DNA from: Armatimonadota bacterium
Lineage (GTDB): Bacteria; Armatimonadota; Zipacnadia; Zipacnadales; UBA5352
Length of the DNA: 64,000 nt
Direction: 5' to 3'
NCBI GenBank assembly: GCA_050942735.1
Contig: JBMNNW010000006.1
Location: forward strand, 18,793-82,792
In this document: positions 1 through 9,357 of the stretch, one piece after another
Layout: every line of letters begins with the position of its first letter
How positions within the stretch are numbered: position 1 is the stretch's first letter
Translations under genes and position numbers: made by a program
The notes under the pieces: generated by a model
Databases searched by the model: none
What the model saw: only the letters and a program-made list of their open reading frames with translations
What the model was told of the DNA's origin: nothing

Positions 1-2
1 CG

Positions 3-1844
3 GTGGAAGAGACTCGGCAGCGCTACCACGCGCTCGAGGAGATGGTCGACAACCTCCACGCCGCCGGGGTCCCGTGGGTGATGCCTTACATCTGCTCGAT
101 CACCATCGGCGGGCACCACGAGCGCCGCACCGGCTTCTGGGAGTTCTACGACCACTGGGATGAGTACCTCGAGCTCGGTCTGCCGGAGCGGCCCGAGCTT
201 GATCCGGCCGACTGGATGCAGCGACTGCCGGACGGTACGATGAAGCCCACCTACGGCAGCAAGCCCGACGAGGACGAGTTCTACCCGGCCTACGAACCGA
301 ATCTGCGCTACGCCGCGTGTGTCAACAATCCCGGCTGGCGAACGTGGATCGACGCGGTGGTGCGGCTGGTCGCGGCGGTCGGGTACGATGGGGCGTTCAT
401 CGACAACGGCTCGACCCAGCAGTGTTACTGCGAGTTTTGCGCGGAGAAGTACCAGGACTTCCTGCGCGCGAGGTACTCCGACGCGGAGATCGAGGAACTC
501 TTCGGGGCGGGGCCGGGTGAGCAGATCGCGCTGACACCTCCACCCGCGCGCGGCGAGGAGATCACCATCGGCTGGGCTGAATCGCAGCGCTTCTGGAGGG
601 AGAGCATCTACGACCACCAGCAGGCGATGAAGCGGGCGGGCGAGGAGGTCTCCGATCATTTCATCCTCTTCCCCAACGGCGGGCACAACCGCCCCGAGAC
701 GGTGAAGCAGTCCTACCGCGACACGGAGTACGTGATGTACGAGCTGTCGGTCGGTGACTACGGGACGAATCCCGGCCTCGTGCGCTCGCGCATCGTGGAT
801 GACATACACATGAACGTGCGCAACAACCACATCTGGGAGCTGAAGTACACGCAGGCGACGCGCACGGGCGTGGGCGCGCTGCTGCTCACCCGCGGAGGCT
901 ATCCCGGGACGCGCGCGGCATGGGCGCTCAACCCGATGACCGCGGCGCTCGGGAACGCCGAGGCCGCGGCCTTCGGCAGCGGCTCGGGCTTTCTGCTGCG
1001 ACCGCGCTGGGACGAGTACGACGAGGTCCTCAACCGCTACCGGAGCTTCTTTGAGGACAACGTGGCCGTCTACGCGGGCCTCGTGCCCTGGGCGCAGGTC
1101 GGCGTGGCTGCGTTTGGCGAGCAGAACTTCTACGCGCACAAAAAGCACATCAACACCGTGGAGCAGATCACAGAGGAGTTGAGCGCAGAGCAGGTGCTCT
1201 TCGACCTGCTCACCGAAGAGGCGTTCACACCCGAGGCGCTGGCTCAGTTCGACGCGTTGATCTTCGCGGACGTGAAGTACGCAACGCCGGCGCAGCTTTC
1301 GGCGCTCGCGGGCTACGTCCGGGCGGGTGGCCGCGCGATGGTGATCGGCGAGACGCCCACTCATGACATGCAGATGCGCCCGCTCGAAGAGACGGCTCTC
1401 CCGGCGGCATTGCGCGGGCCTCAGGAGGGTGTGGGGGCGCCGACCTCGATCCGCGACGGCGAGGGCGTGTGGCAGCGGCTCGAGCGTCTGCCGCTGGAGC
1501 GGCTGGTCGAGCTGCTGGAGAGCGGCGGTGATGCGCTCCCGGTGGCGATGGACTCGGGCCCCGGCCTGCGCCTCAACGCGTTCGCGGATCCCGACGGTTC
1601 GCGGGTTATCCTGCATCTGCTCAACTACGACACGCCGCTTGGGGCGGAGCCTCCCGCGCTGGTGGAGAAGGAGAGCATCGCACTGAGCCTGCCGCTGCCC
1701 GCGGGAGCGCAGGTCGCCGGTGTGCGAGCGCTCTCACCGGACGCGGAGCCAGGTGAGATCGCGTGGCAGATGGAGGGTGGTCGGCTGCTGCTGACCCTGC
1801 CGGCGCTGCGAATCTACACGGTGCTGGTGGTTGAGATGGGGTAG
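3..1844 (+). CDS. Hypothetical protein, 5'-partial at window edge; C-terminal region resembles beta-galactosidase trimerisation / ThuA-like amidotransferase-like fold
   Basis: 613-aa ORF open to the window start. No strong family motif recognised. It is followed by a perfect hairpin and a convergent gene. Confidence 0.5.
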   Translation: MEETRQRYHALEEMVDNLHAAGVPWVMPYICSITIGGHHERRTGFWEFYDHWDEYLELGLPERPELDPADWMQRLPDGTMKPTYGSKPDEDEFYPAYEPNLRYAACVNNPGWRTWIDAVVRLVAAVGYDGAFIDNGSTQQCYCEFCAEKYQDFLRARYSDAEIEELFGAGPGEQIALTPPPARGEEITIGWAESQRFWRESIYDHQQAMKRAGEEVSDHFILFPNGGHNRPETVKQSYRDTEYVMYELSVGDYGTNPGLVRSRIVDDIHMNVRNNHIWELKYTQATRTGVGALLLTRGGYPGTRAAWALNPMTAALGNAEAAAFGSGSGFLLRPRWDEYDEVLNRYRSFFEDNVAVYAGLVPWAQVGVAAFGEQNFYAHKKHINTVEQITEELSAEQVLFDLLTEEAFTPEALAQFDALIFADVKYATPAQLSALAGYVRAGGRAMVIGETPTHDMQMRPLEETALPAALRGPQEGVGAPTSIRDGEGVWQRLERLPLERLVELLESGGDALPVAMDSGPGLRLNAFADPDGSRVILHLLNYDTPLGAEPPALVEKESIALSLPLPAGAQVAGVRALSPDAEPGEIAWQMEGGRLLLTLPALRIYTVLVVEMG

Positions 1845-1864
1845 GAGCGGCGGCAGTCGGGGTC

Positions 1865-1897
1865 GATGAGAGGCCGGCGCGGTACCGGCCTCTCATC
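1865..1897. terminator. Perfect 13-bp stem / 7-nt loop hairpin (gatgagaggccgg-cgcggta-ccggcctctcatc) between convergent genes
   Basis: Read directly from the sequence. It lies between the stop of 3..1844 (+) and the stop of 1927..2652 (-). There is no U-tract, which is common in high-GC genomes. Confidence 0.4.
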
Positions 1898-1926
1898 AGT
1901 TCCGGCGACGCCCTCGCGGCCGGCGC

Positions 1927-2652
1927 TCAGTTCGCGTAGGAGTAGCTGAAGCCGAGCATCTGGTGGCGGCGGTCGTCCTCTCCGGTGTTGTCGAGTCTCA
2001 GGCGGTAGGCGATCCCTATCCCGTCGCTGATCTCATACTCCAGCCCTGAGCGGAGTGAGTAGAGCGTCCGGTCATCACGGAAGCGCACCTCACCCAGCAG
2101 GCCGTAGTTCACCTCGGGGTTGACCGTCCAGGTGAAGCGCCCGAAGTCCTTCTCAATCTGCACGAGCGCGCCAACATCGCCCATCCAGCTCTCGGCAGTC
2201 TGAATGTCCTTGCTCCCCCCGCCGGTCAACTCCACGTAGCCACCGTCGAAGTGCTTGCGCCAGCCAAGCGCAACCAGCGTCTTCACCTGATCGAGGTCAT
2301 GATCGCCATCGGTGGAGATGGCGACAAGCGGATTCCACTTGTGATCCGGCCTCTCCTTGCGCAGGTACCGGAACCACGTCTTGAGGCGGTCGTAGTCCTC
2401 GCCGTCGGTGATGGAGCGGTCGTAGTCGGAGTTGACCGTGATCTCCCAGCGCGACTGCTCAGCGTCGGTCGCCCAGACGCCGTCGAGGGCCGCCGACAGA
2501 TCATACTCGCTCTCATCGGCGACTCGTTCCTCAGTGACGTTCGCCACGAACTTGAGCTTCTCGGTGTTCAGCGACCACGCCGCGTTGGCCCCAACGGCCA
2601 GCATCAGCGCCGCGGCGGACAGCATTCGGGCAATCCTGTGCGCGAATCTCAT
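1927..2652 (-). CDS. Secreted/outer-membrane protein, probable beta-barrel (DUF481-like)
   Basis: Internal Met at 2652 starts MRFAHRIARMLSAAALMLAVGANAAWS, a signal peptide. The protein has alternating hydrophobic beta-strand character and ends ...FSYSYAN. The ORF-track start at 2835 gives an implausible Arg/Ser-rich N-terminus. Confidence 0.5.
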   Translation of the reverse strand: MRFAHRIARMLSAAALMLAVGANAAWSLNTEKLKFVANVTEERVADESEYDLSAALDGVWATDAEQSRWEITVNSDYDRSITDGEDYDRLKTWFRYLRKERPDHKWNPLVAISTDGDHDLDQVKTLVALGWRKHFDGGYVELTGGGSKDIQTAESWMGDVGALVQIEKDFGRFTWTVNPEVNYGLLGEVRFRDDRTLYSLRSGLEYEISDGIGIAYRLRLDNTGEDDRRHQMLGFSYSYAN

Positions 2653-2719
2653 CGGCTGCGACCTCCAACATGCGTCACGTTCGGCTGTGCATCCCCTCCC
2701 GGCGGTATGTTCTGATGGT

Positions 2720-3742
2720 CTATTGGCCGATGAGTTTCGCTTCGAGGGCATCAATTCCCCGCAGCGGCGTCTGCAGATCGCGCGCGACGAACTCCACGCG
2801 ACGCTCGGGGATGACCTTCCGCTGCGCGGCATCAACCCGGCAGTAGAGCCAGCGGCAGCGCATCAGATCGGGGAGCGCCTGGATCTCCGCTGAGGAGAGA
2901 TCGGTCCGCGACGCGTAGCCTGACAGGAAGTGATCGACACGCTGATGGTCGATCGTGAATGCATCGGTCAGCGACCAGATGTCACCCGCCACCGGCGGGG
3001 CATCTCGCACCCCGCAGAAGAAGAGCAGCCCGTCGGCAAGGTCCACCGCTCGCGGCTGACTGCTCGCCCAGTCCCAGTCGAAGACGCCCGCGACTCCGCC
3101 GGCGTCGAACTTGAGGTTGGCCGGGTGGTAGTCGCCCTGCACGACGGTCCGGGAGAGTGCCCAGTAGGCGCGGTCGGGCAGCCGCAACGTCAGCTCGCGC
3201 GCAAGTCCCAGCGCCTCTTCGAGCGTGGAAACGACCTCGTCCCCGCCAGCGGCCTCGACGAGGGCCTCGAGACCGTCAATCACATCTCGCGGATCGTGGA
3301 AGCGCGGCCACGACTTGTCGATCGGCGGCCGGAATCGGGAGGCCGACTGATGCAGAGCCGCCAACACGGCGCCCGAGGCGTGCAGTTCGCCGGCGTCGCC
3401 CGGCCGGTGCTGGGAGCCCTCGATGAACTCGAAGAGTTCGTAGACCGAGCTTCCCTCACGCAGCCACGCCCGCCCGACCTTACCGGCGACGCCTCGCGGG
3501 ACGGGCAGGTCGTCCGCGACGAGATGCGCGAGCAGCGCGTGATCGAAGCGCACCCAGTCGGTACGCGCGTAACGGGGGTTGCGCCGCCGAAGCACCAGCC
3601 GACCGGCAGAGGTTGCGACGATAACGCTCGCATTCGCCGTCCCGCTGCCGGCGGCGATGCCCTCGGGAGACGCGTCGAACCCCCACCGCCCCAGGATGCG
3701 CAGCGCCTCATCGGGCGACAGGGAGGTGCCGGGCTGAGACAT
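2720..3742 (-). CDS. Phosphotransferase-family protein (aminoglycoside phosphotransferase / homoserine-kinase-II-like fold)
   Basis: 340 aa. It has the APH-like catalytic block ...VVQGDYHPANLKFD... and DWDWAS. Confidence 0.55.
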   Translation of the reverse strand: MSQPGTSLSPDEALRILGRWGFDASPEGIAAGSGTANASVIVATSAGRLVLRRRNPRYARTDWVRFDHALLAHLVADDLPVPRGVAGKVGRAWLREGSSVYELFEFIEGSQHRPGDAGELHASGAVLAALHQSASRFRPPIDKSWPRFHDPRDVIDGLEALVEAAGGDEVVSTLEEALGLARELTLRLPDRAYWALSRTVVQGDYHPANLKFDAGGVAGVFDWDWASSQPRAVDLADGLLFFCGVRDAPPVAGDIWSLTDAFTIDHQRVDHFLSGYASRTDLSSAEIQALPDLMRCRWLYCRVDAAQRKVIPERRVEFVARDLQTPLRGIDALEAKLIGQ

Positions 3743-3927
3743 GCGATCGACCCTCCGGGAAGCGCTCTCTTCGGTGAACCTGTCGCGGTACTTCGCGCAC
3801 CACGGGCGCGGACCTGCACAGCGACAGCAGAGTTCTGCCGGAGATTCTCCAGACCAGGGGAGGATACTCCGTCCGGGCGGCGAATACCTGTGCGGTTCGC
3901 AAGCGACTATCAGGGAGGTAATGTTCC

Positions 3928-4116
3928 GTGAAGAAGCCCGTTGTTGATCAGGATACGTGCACCGGCTGCGGTCTGTGCCCCGACATCGCGCCCGGCACCT
4001 TTGAGATGAACGACGATGGCGTCGCCGAGGTCATCGATCCGCAGGGCGACGACGAGGACACCATCCAGGAGGCCATTGACTCCTGTCCCGTCGAGGCCAT
4101 CTCCTGGGCCGAGTGA
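3928..4116 (+). CDS. Small single-cluster ferredoxin (4Fe-4S/3Fe-4S type)
   Basis: 62 aa with a GTG start. Motifs are CTGCGLCPDIAP ... CPVEAI, and the protein is acidic. Confidence 0.7.
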   Translation: MKKPVVDQDTCTGCGLCPDIAPGTFEMNDDGVAEVIDPQGDDEDTIQEAIDSCPVEAISWAE

Positions 4117-4243
4117 CACAACCGAAGGCACCTGCGTTCGGGGCGGCGTCAGCGACGCCGCCCCGAGCCATGTACGAGGCAGGAGCGGCGTCGGTCGCGG
4201 TGGAAGGTTAACATGCCGGGCGGAATCACAGCGAGGGACCGGG

Positions 4244-4975
4244 ATGAGCGCACAGCGCCAGCTTGAGCCACTCACGCGAGGTCAACGGCGGGCGGCGGGC
4301 GCCTGGGCCGACGTGCAGGCGCCACATCCGGGTGTACACGCCCCGCGGAACAGCCGCGTGGATGACTGGCCCCCTATGGTCAACGCCGCGATCATCGCGA
4401 CCTGCGCGTTTCTGACGGCCGTGGCGATCCTCTCCGCCTCACTGGCCTCGCCGGTCGGCAGGGTTGAACGGTGGGCTTCATGGGCCACAGAGGCCGGAGA
4501 CATGCACCTCGAACACCCGGCGGGATGGGCGGTCAACAGCTTCGGCTCGGCGGAGCAGATCCATCTCGTCATCATGCGCTCCCCGTGGGTGCGCATCCAC
4601 ATCATCTCAGAGAGCGGACTGGCCGAGGTGGCTGAGCTTTACGGGCGACTGGGCAGCGGTGATCGAGGCTACCGGACACTCGAGATGCTTCACAGAACCA
4701 CCGGGGACACGTGGGCGGGGCTCTTCGGCGAGTTGGATGAGGGCGCGATCGGACGCACCACGATCGGCAGCCGCCACGCGGTCTGGTCGCAGTTCACGTA
4801 CGCGAGCGGGCCGATTGAGCGCGGCGAGCCGATGACCGGCTATCGCGCCACAATCCTGAGTCAGAGACGTGGCCTGATCGCCAGCGCGGTCGCTCCATCC
4901 GAGCACTGGGAGCAGTTCCGGCCGATCGCTCTGCGTGTGCTCAGGAGCATCAGCTTCGACGAGCGCGGCGGTTAA
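4244..4975 (+). CDS. Hypothetical membrane-anchored protein
   Basis: Start MSAQRQLEPL at 4244. It has one N-terminal transmembrane helix (AAIIATCAFLTAVAILSASLA). The ORF-track N-terminus overlaps the ferredoxin gene and is Ser/Arg-rich, so it is probably spurious. Confidence 0.4.
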   Translation: MSAQRQLEPLTRGQRRAAGAWADVQAPHPGVHAPRNSRVDDWPPMVNAAIIATCAFLTAVAILSASLASPVGRVERWASWATEAGDMHLEHPAGWAVNSFGSAEQIHLVIMRSPWVRIHIISESGLAEVAELYGRLGSGDRGYRTLEMLHRTTGDTWAGLFGELDEGAIGRTTIGSRHAVWSQFTYASGPIERGEPMTGYRATILSQRRGLIASAVAPSEHWEQFRPIALRVLRSISFDERGG

Positions 4976-5970
4976 CCGCCACCTGAACCGGAGCCCCCGT
5001 CACCGACCTTCTCGCGCTCGAAAGGCCACTCGCGCGCGATCACAATCACCCCGGCCACGATGATGATCGCGATTGAGGCCGCCTGCGCCACGGTGAACGC
5101 AGGCATCACCCCCCAGACCTCGCCGGTGGCCCCCCGGCGGTAGATCTCCACCACGTAGCGCGTGACCGACGAGAGCACGAGGAAGCCGAGGAAACGGTCG
5201 AAGGGCTTCCGCAGCCACGGGGTCAGCAGCAGCAGGACAGGCAGCGTGAAGCCGAGGGTCCCTATCACCGAGTAAAGCTGAGTCGGGTGCGCGGGGAAGG
5301 CGGGCGCGGCGGCGGTGGCGCTCTGCGGGAACGTCACCGCCCACGGTAGCGTGCTCTCGTGCCCGTAGCAGCAGCCGTTGAGGAAGCAGCCGACCCGCGC
5401 GACGGCGTAGCCGACCGCGATCCCGGGCGCTGCGAGATCGAATGTCCGGGGGAAGCTCGCGCCCATCAGCGGGGCGGCGATTCCCAGCACGAGCAGGCCG
5501 CCCGCCAGCCCGCCATGCCAGCTCATCCCGCCGCGCCAGAGATCCAGCGCCACCGATAGATCGCCCCCGTATTCCCCCCAGCTCAGCAACACGTAGCCGA
5601 GACGGCCGCCGAAGATACCGCCCGCAAACCCGAGCAGACCGAGGTAGAGCACCTGTGCGCGGGTGAAGTCATAGCGGTCGCGATCGGCGTACATCCACGC
5701 CAGCGCCGCCAGGAAGGCGCCGAGCATCATGATCCCGTAGGAGCGCACCTGCAGCGGGCCGAGCCTCTGCACCACGATGTACGCGACGATCGTCGGCAGC
5801 GCCGCCTGCAGCGTGACCTCCAACGCCAGCGCCCAGCCCCGTCCGAACGGCTCGTCCCTCCCGCGGCGCTCCAGCCACGTCCAGAGCACCACGAGCACAA
5901 GGAAGCATGCGAACACCGCCGGCAGATGGATCGGCCGCCACGGACCGACTGTCACGAGTGTTGGATGCAC
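4972..5970 (-). CDS. lgt: Prolipoprotein diacylglyceryl transferase (copy 1)
   Basis: Lgt signature motifs GGMSWHGGLAGG and RVGCFLNGCCYG, in a multi-TM protein. Confidence 0.8.
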   Translation of the reverse strand: MHPTLVTVGPWRPIHLPAVFACFLVLVVLWTWLERRGRDEPFGRGWALALEVTLQAALPTIVAYIVVQRLGPLQVRSYGIMMLGAFLAALAWMYADRDRYDFTRAQVLYLGLLGFAGGIFGGRLGYVLLSWGEYGGDLSVALDLWRGGMSWHGGLAGGLLVLGIAAPLMGASFPRTFDLAAPGIAVGYAVARVGCFLNGCCYGHESTLPWAVTFPQSATAAAPAFPAHPTQLYSVIGTLGFTLPVLLLLTPWLRKPFDRFLGFLVLSSVTRYVVEIYRRGATGEVWGVMPAFTVAQAASIAIIIVAGVIVIAREWPFEREKVGDGGSGSGGG

Positions 5971-6014
5971 ACTGGCTCACTCTTCCACGGTGCGCCGCGG
6001 CCTCGACGGCGGCA

Positions 6015-6989
6015 TCACAGCGCGGAGGCGTCAACGACATTGCCATCGCGAATCGACAGCTTCGCCGCCTCGAGCGCGGCCATCGTCCGGCGAACGTCCC
6101 TCCCGGATGCCTCCGGCTCATCAGACTCGCGGATCGCGCGCGCGAACTCCCCCACCTGCGCCCGCCACGCCGCGGGGCTGTCGAGCGGGATCTCGATGAC
6201 CTCATCGCCGAGCCGGATCTGCTCGGAGGTGATCATCATCGCGGCGTCGGTGCCGATGACCATGCAGTCCCACGCGCCGAAGGGCGTGTTGAGGCTGTGG
6301 TGGTAGGTCGCGATCGGGCCGTCCACCAGGGAGATCTGCACGGTGATCTCGTCATAGTCGTTCCAATACTCATTGTTGACGCGCGCCCCGGCGTAGACAT
6401 CTCCCGCCACACCGTTGTTGAGCCACAGGATCATGTCTACCTCGTGAGCGCCGTAGCCGTAGAGCACCCAGCCTCCGGCCTCCTCGGGCTTGCTGGCCCA
6501 CTCGGAGCGGAAGCCCTCAGATTTGCCGAGGCGCCGTCGCAGCACGTTGCGCACCTCGCCGATCGCTCCCTCGCGAATCAGCTCACGGGCCCTGATGTTG
6601 ACCGGCCGGAAGCGCAGTATCTGCCCGACCATCAGGACGACGCCCGCCTCATCGGCCGCGGAGATCATCTCATCGGCCTCGGCAAGCGAGGTCGCCATCG
6701 GCTTCTCACAGAGGACGTGCTTGCCCGCCTGCGCCGCAGCCACCGTCACCTCACGGTGGAGGTGGTGGGGCAGCAGCACGGAGACGGCCTCGACATTCTC
6801 GTCCTCAAGCAGATCGCGCCAGTCGGTATACACCGCCGGCACTGCGAACTCCTCCGCCCGCTCACGGGCGGCCGCCTCGTTGATGTCGCAGACCGCGACA
6901 GTTCTGAGGCCATCCACGTCCCGGTAGGCCGGCAGGTGCCCGTTGGCGATGCCGCCACAACCGATCGCTCCGATCCCAATCTGATCCAT
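6015..6989 (-). CDS. Gfo/Idh/MocA-family NAD(P)-dependent oxidoreductase
   Basis: N-terminal Rossmann motif IGIGAIGCGGIANGH and ...LCEKPMA..., followed by the C-terminal alpha/beta domain. Confidence 0.75.
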   Translation of the reverse strand: MDQIGIGAIGCGGIANGHLPAYRDVDGLRTVAVCDINEAAARERAEEFAVPAVYTDWRDLLEDENVEAVSVLLPHHLHREVTVAAAQAGKHVLCEKPMATSLAEADEMISAADEAGVVLMVGQILRFRPVNIRARELIREGAIGEVRNVLRRRLGKSEGFRSEWASKPEEAGGWVLYGYGAHEVDMILWLNNGVAGDVYAGARVNNEYWNDYDEITVQISLVDGPIATYHHSLNTPFGAWDCMVIGTDAAMMITSEQIRLGDEVIEIPLDSPAAWRAQVGEFARAIRESDEPEASGRDVRRTMAALEAAKLSIRDGNVVDASAL

Positions 6990-7087
6990 CCCACGACCTC
7001 CCGCCGTCTCTCACTCAGACAGACGAGGGCCGCCGGGGCGCCGGCGACCCTCGCTGGATCCATCCGCGCATCGCTTCAGCGCGGGCG

Positions 7088-7339
7088 TCAATCAACCGCG
7101 CGAACGTCGGTGACCTCCGGGACCTCCTGCCGCAGTACGCGACCGATCCCCATCGCGAGGGTCATCTGCGACATCGGGCAGCCCTTGCAGGCGCCCTGCA
7201 GCCGCACCTCGGCGATGCCATCCTCGGTCACATCGACCAACTCGACCCCGCCGCCGTCTGCCTCCAGCGACGGGCGAACCTTTGCCAGCGCGGCCTCAAC
7301 CTGCTCGAGCAATTCCTTCTTCTGCGCGTCCTCAGACAT
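7088..7339 (-). CDS. NifU/Nfu-like Fe-S cluster scaffold domain protein
   Basis: 83 aa with LQGACKGCP, a Nfu-type CxxC motif. Confidence 0.7.
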   Translation of the reverse strand: MSEDAQKKELLEQVEAALAKVRPSLEADGGGVELVDVTEDGIAEVRLQGACKGCPMSQMTLAMGIGRVLRQEVPEVTDVRAVD

Positions 7340-7354
7340 GATACTCCTCCTCAG

Positions 7355-8257
7355 TTACTCCTCATTGTTATCAGTCGGGACACTCGGAACGTCGTTGCCG
7401 GACCGGAGGTCGCGGACCTTCCAGCCATCGGGCTCACGGACGAGATCGAAGTACGCGGTCTCCGTGGTGCCGTCGGGGAAGCCCACCAGCACGCGCGCCC
7501 ACCCGGTCATGCCACCGGCCTCCACCTTGTACTGAAGGATGCGGATACCCTTCACCTCGCGCCCGCCCCAGTGTGCCTCGATGATCGTGGGAGCGTCGCG
7601 ACCGATCTCCTCGATGAGTTCCGCCTTGCGCTCCTCGGAGAAGAGGTTCCAGTGGGGCAACTCATCGCGCTGCTGCCGGAGACTCGCCGCGGGCGGCACC
7701 TCATCGTCGAGTGCCGCAAGCTCGGGCGCGGCGGGCTGCTCGGGGCAATCACTCTCCGGCAGAACGCCGTACCACTTCTCAATAAGCCGCCAGATCTTCC
7801 CCTGCAACGCCTGTGGGTGCGGAGGAATCGCCATGACCGCCTCGCGCTCTTCCTGAGGCAGTCGCAGCAGCATCTGCGAGCCCTGCGGATCCACCCACAC
7901 GCCGAAGCTCTCCGCAACGAAGCGCAGCGGCACGAACGCGCGGCCGTCGATCAACTGCGGCGCCACGTCCAGCGTGTAGTCAGCCTCCGCGATCCTCGCC
8001 TGAGTGCTGCCGATCCACAGCTCAACCTGAGGCACCTTCGCGTCTTCGGAGCGCCACGCTCGGATGTGCCCCTCCTCGTAGGTCACGCTGGCGCCCAGCC
8101 ACTCAAAGATTGGGCGCAGCGGAACCAGCGTCCGCCCGTCAAGCGTCACCGGTTGCACATCAAAGAGCAACTCGCGTGCCGCACATGCACCCGCTGACGA
8201 GGTCAGGATGAGCAGCACGATCAGTGTCCCAGCCGTGCACGCTCGGAATCTCGCCAT
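7355..8257 (-). CDS. Secreted protein with tandem copper-amine-oxidase N-terminal-like (stalk) domains
   Basis: Internal Met at 8257 gives the signal peptide MARFRACTAGTLIVLLILTSSAGACAA. It has repeated ...DGRxxVPLRxxxExxG... units. Confidence 0.45.
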   Translation of the reverse strand: MARFRACTAGTLIVLLILTSSAGACAARELLFDVQPVTLDGRTLVPLRPIFEWLGASVTYEEGHIRAWRSEDAKVPQVELWIGSTQARIAEADYTLDVAPQLIDGRAFVPLRFVAESFGVWVDPQGSQMLLRLPQEEREAVMAIPPHPQALQGKIWRLIEKWYGVLPESDCPEQPAAPELAALDDEVPPAASLRQQRDELPHWNLFSEERKAELIEEIGRDAPTIIEAHWGGREVKGIRILQYKVEAGGMTGWARVLVGFPDGTTETAYFDLVREPDGWKVRDLRSGNDVPSVPTDNNEE

Positions 8258-8301
8258 CGTCACGATCACTCCCGGTTCAGTCTGCCCGCCATCCGGTCGA
8301 A

Positions 8302-9270
8302 TCAGAGGTTCGCCTGCTCGGCCAACTCCCGCCACCGTTCGCCCTCCTGCTCGACGAGAAAGCCAATCGTCTCCTCGAAGCTCCGCAGCCCGGCGGTGGC
8401 GCCCGGAGCCGTCACGCACATCGCACCGACCGCGTTCGCCATGCGCGCCACGTCCTCGAGGTCCCAGCCCGCGAGCGTTCCGAGCAGAAAGCCCGCGACA
8501 AACGCGTCGCCTGAGCCTGTGCCGTCCACCACGTCAACGCTGAAGGCCGGCACACGCAACTCGCGTTCGGCGGTACGCACGTAGCAGCCCTCTTCGCCCA
8601 TCTTCAGCGCGACGGTCTTCACGCCGTGGTCCATGAGAGCCTCGGCGGCCTCCTCCGGCGTGTCCCTGCCGGTAATCTCCACGGCCTCAGGGAAGCTCGG
8701 GAGGAAGATGTCCGTGTGCGGGAGCACCGGCTCGAGCAGGTCCATCCATCGCCCGGTGTCATCCCAGACGACGTCCAGTGCGGTCTTTGTCCCCGCCTGC
8801 TGCGCGGCCTCCATCACGCTGGCCGCCGGCTCGCCGTCGAAGCCCGGCATCACCAGCGCGCCGGCGAAGTGGAGGATCTCGGCCGCACCGACAAGGTCCA
8901 TGTCGATGTCCTCGGGCCGCATCGTCGCGTTCGCACCGATGCAGTGGATGAACGTGCGCTCGCCACCGCTGTCGATCATGATCATCGTGGCCGAGGTGCT
9001 CGCCTCGTCGGTGACCGCGATCCCGCTTGTGTCCACGCCCTGAGCGGCCATCGCCTCACGCACAAAGCCGCCGAAGCCATCGTCGCCGACCTTGCCGATG
9101 ATCGCGGTGTCCACGTCCATCTTCGCGAGGCCGATGCCGGTGTTGGCGGCGCAACCTCCTATGCTCATGCCCATGTTATCGACGAGCATCAGCCGCCCAT
9201 GTTCGGGTTGACTGTCAATCGGTCTCCCCCACACATCCGCTACGACGATCCCGACGCACACTACCTGGCT
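8302..9270 (-). CDS. PfkB-family carbohydrate kinase (ribokinase / 2-dehydro-3-deoxygluconokinase-like)
   Basis: N-terminal VVCVGIVVADV, and the C-terminal DTTGAGD-type motif VDGTGSGDAFVAGF. The start could be GTG at 9282 or ATG at 9270. Confidence 0.75.
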   Translation of the reverse strand, partial: SQVVCVGIVVADVWGRPIDSQPEHGRLMLVDNMGMSIGGCAANTGIGLAKMDVDTAIIGKVGDDGFGGFVREAMAAQGVDTSGIAVTDEASTSATMIMIDSGGERTFIHCIGANATMRPEDIDMDLVGAAEILHFAGALVMPGFDGEPAASVMEAAQQAGTKTALDVVWDDTGRWMDLLEPVLPHTDIFLPSFPEAVEITGRDTPEEAAEALMDHGVKTVALKMGEEGCYVRTAERELRVPAFSVDVVDGTGSGDAFVAGFLLGTLAGWDLEDVARMANAVGAMCVTAPGATAGLRSFEETIGFLVEQEGERWRELAEQANL

Positions 9271-9357
9271 CATGTCTAACACCTGTTCGTTCGAGGTTCA
9301 CGGAGGCCGCGACAGCCGCGACCGAAGTGGTATTCGCCGGCCGGTGTGAAGGGTCCT

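Noticed and set aside
3910-4275. 121-aa minus-strand ORF overlapping the ferredoxin gene
   Set aside because: It is antisense to a well-supported ferredoxin (Cys motifs, acidic). No family was recognised.
5907-7535. 542-aa plus-strand ORF spanning several genes
   Set aside because: It is antisense to the Gfo/Idh/MocA, NifU-like and CuAO-N genes. It has Arg/Pro/Ala-rich composition and matches no family.
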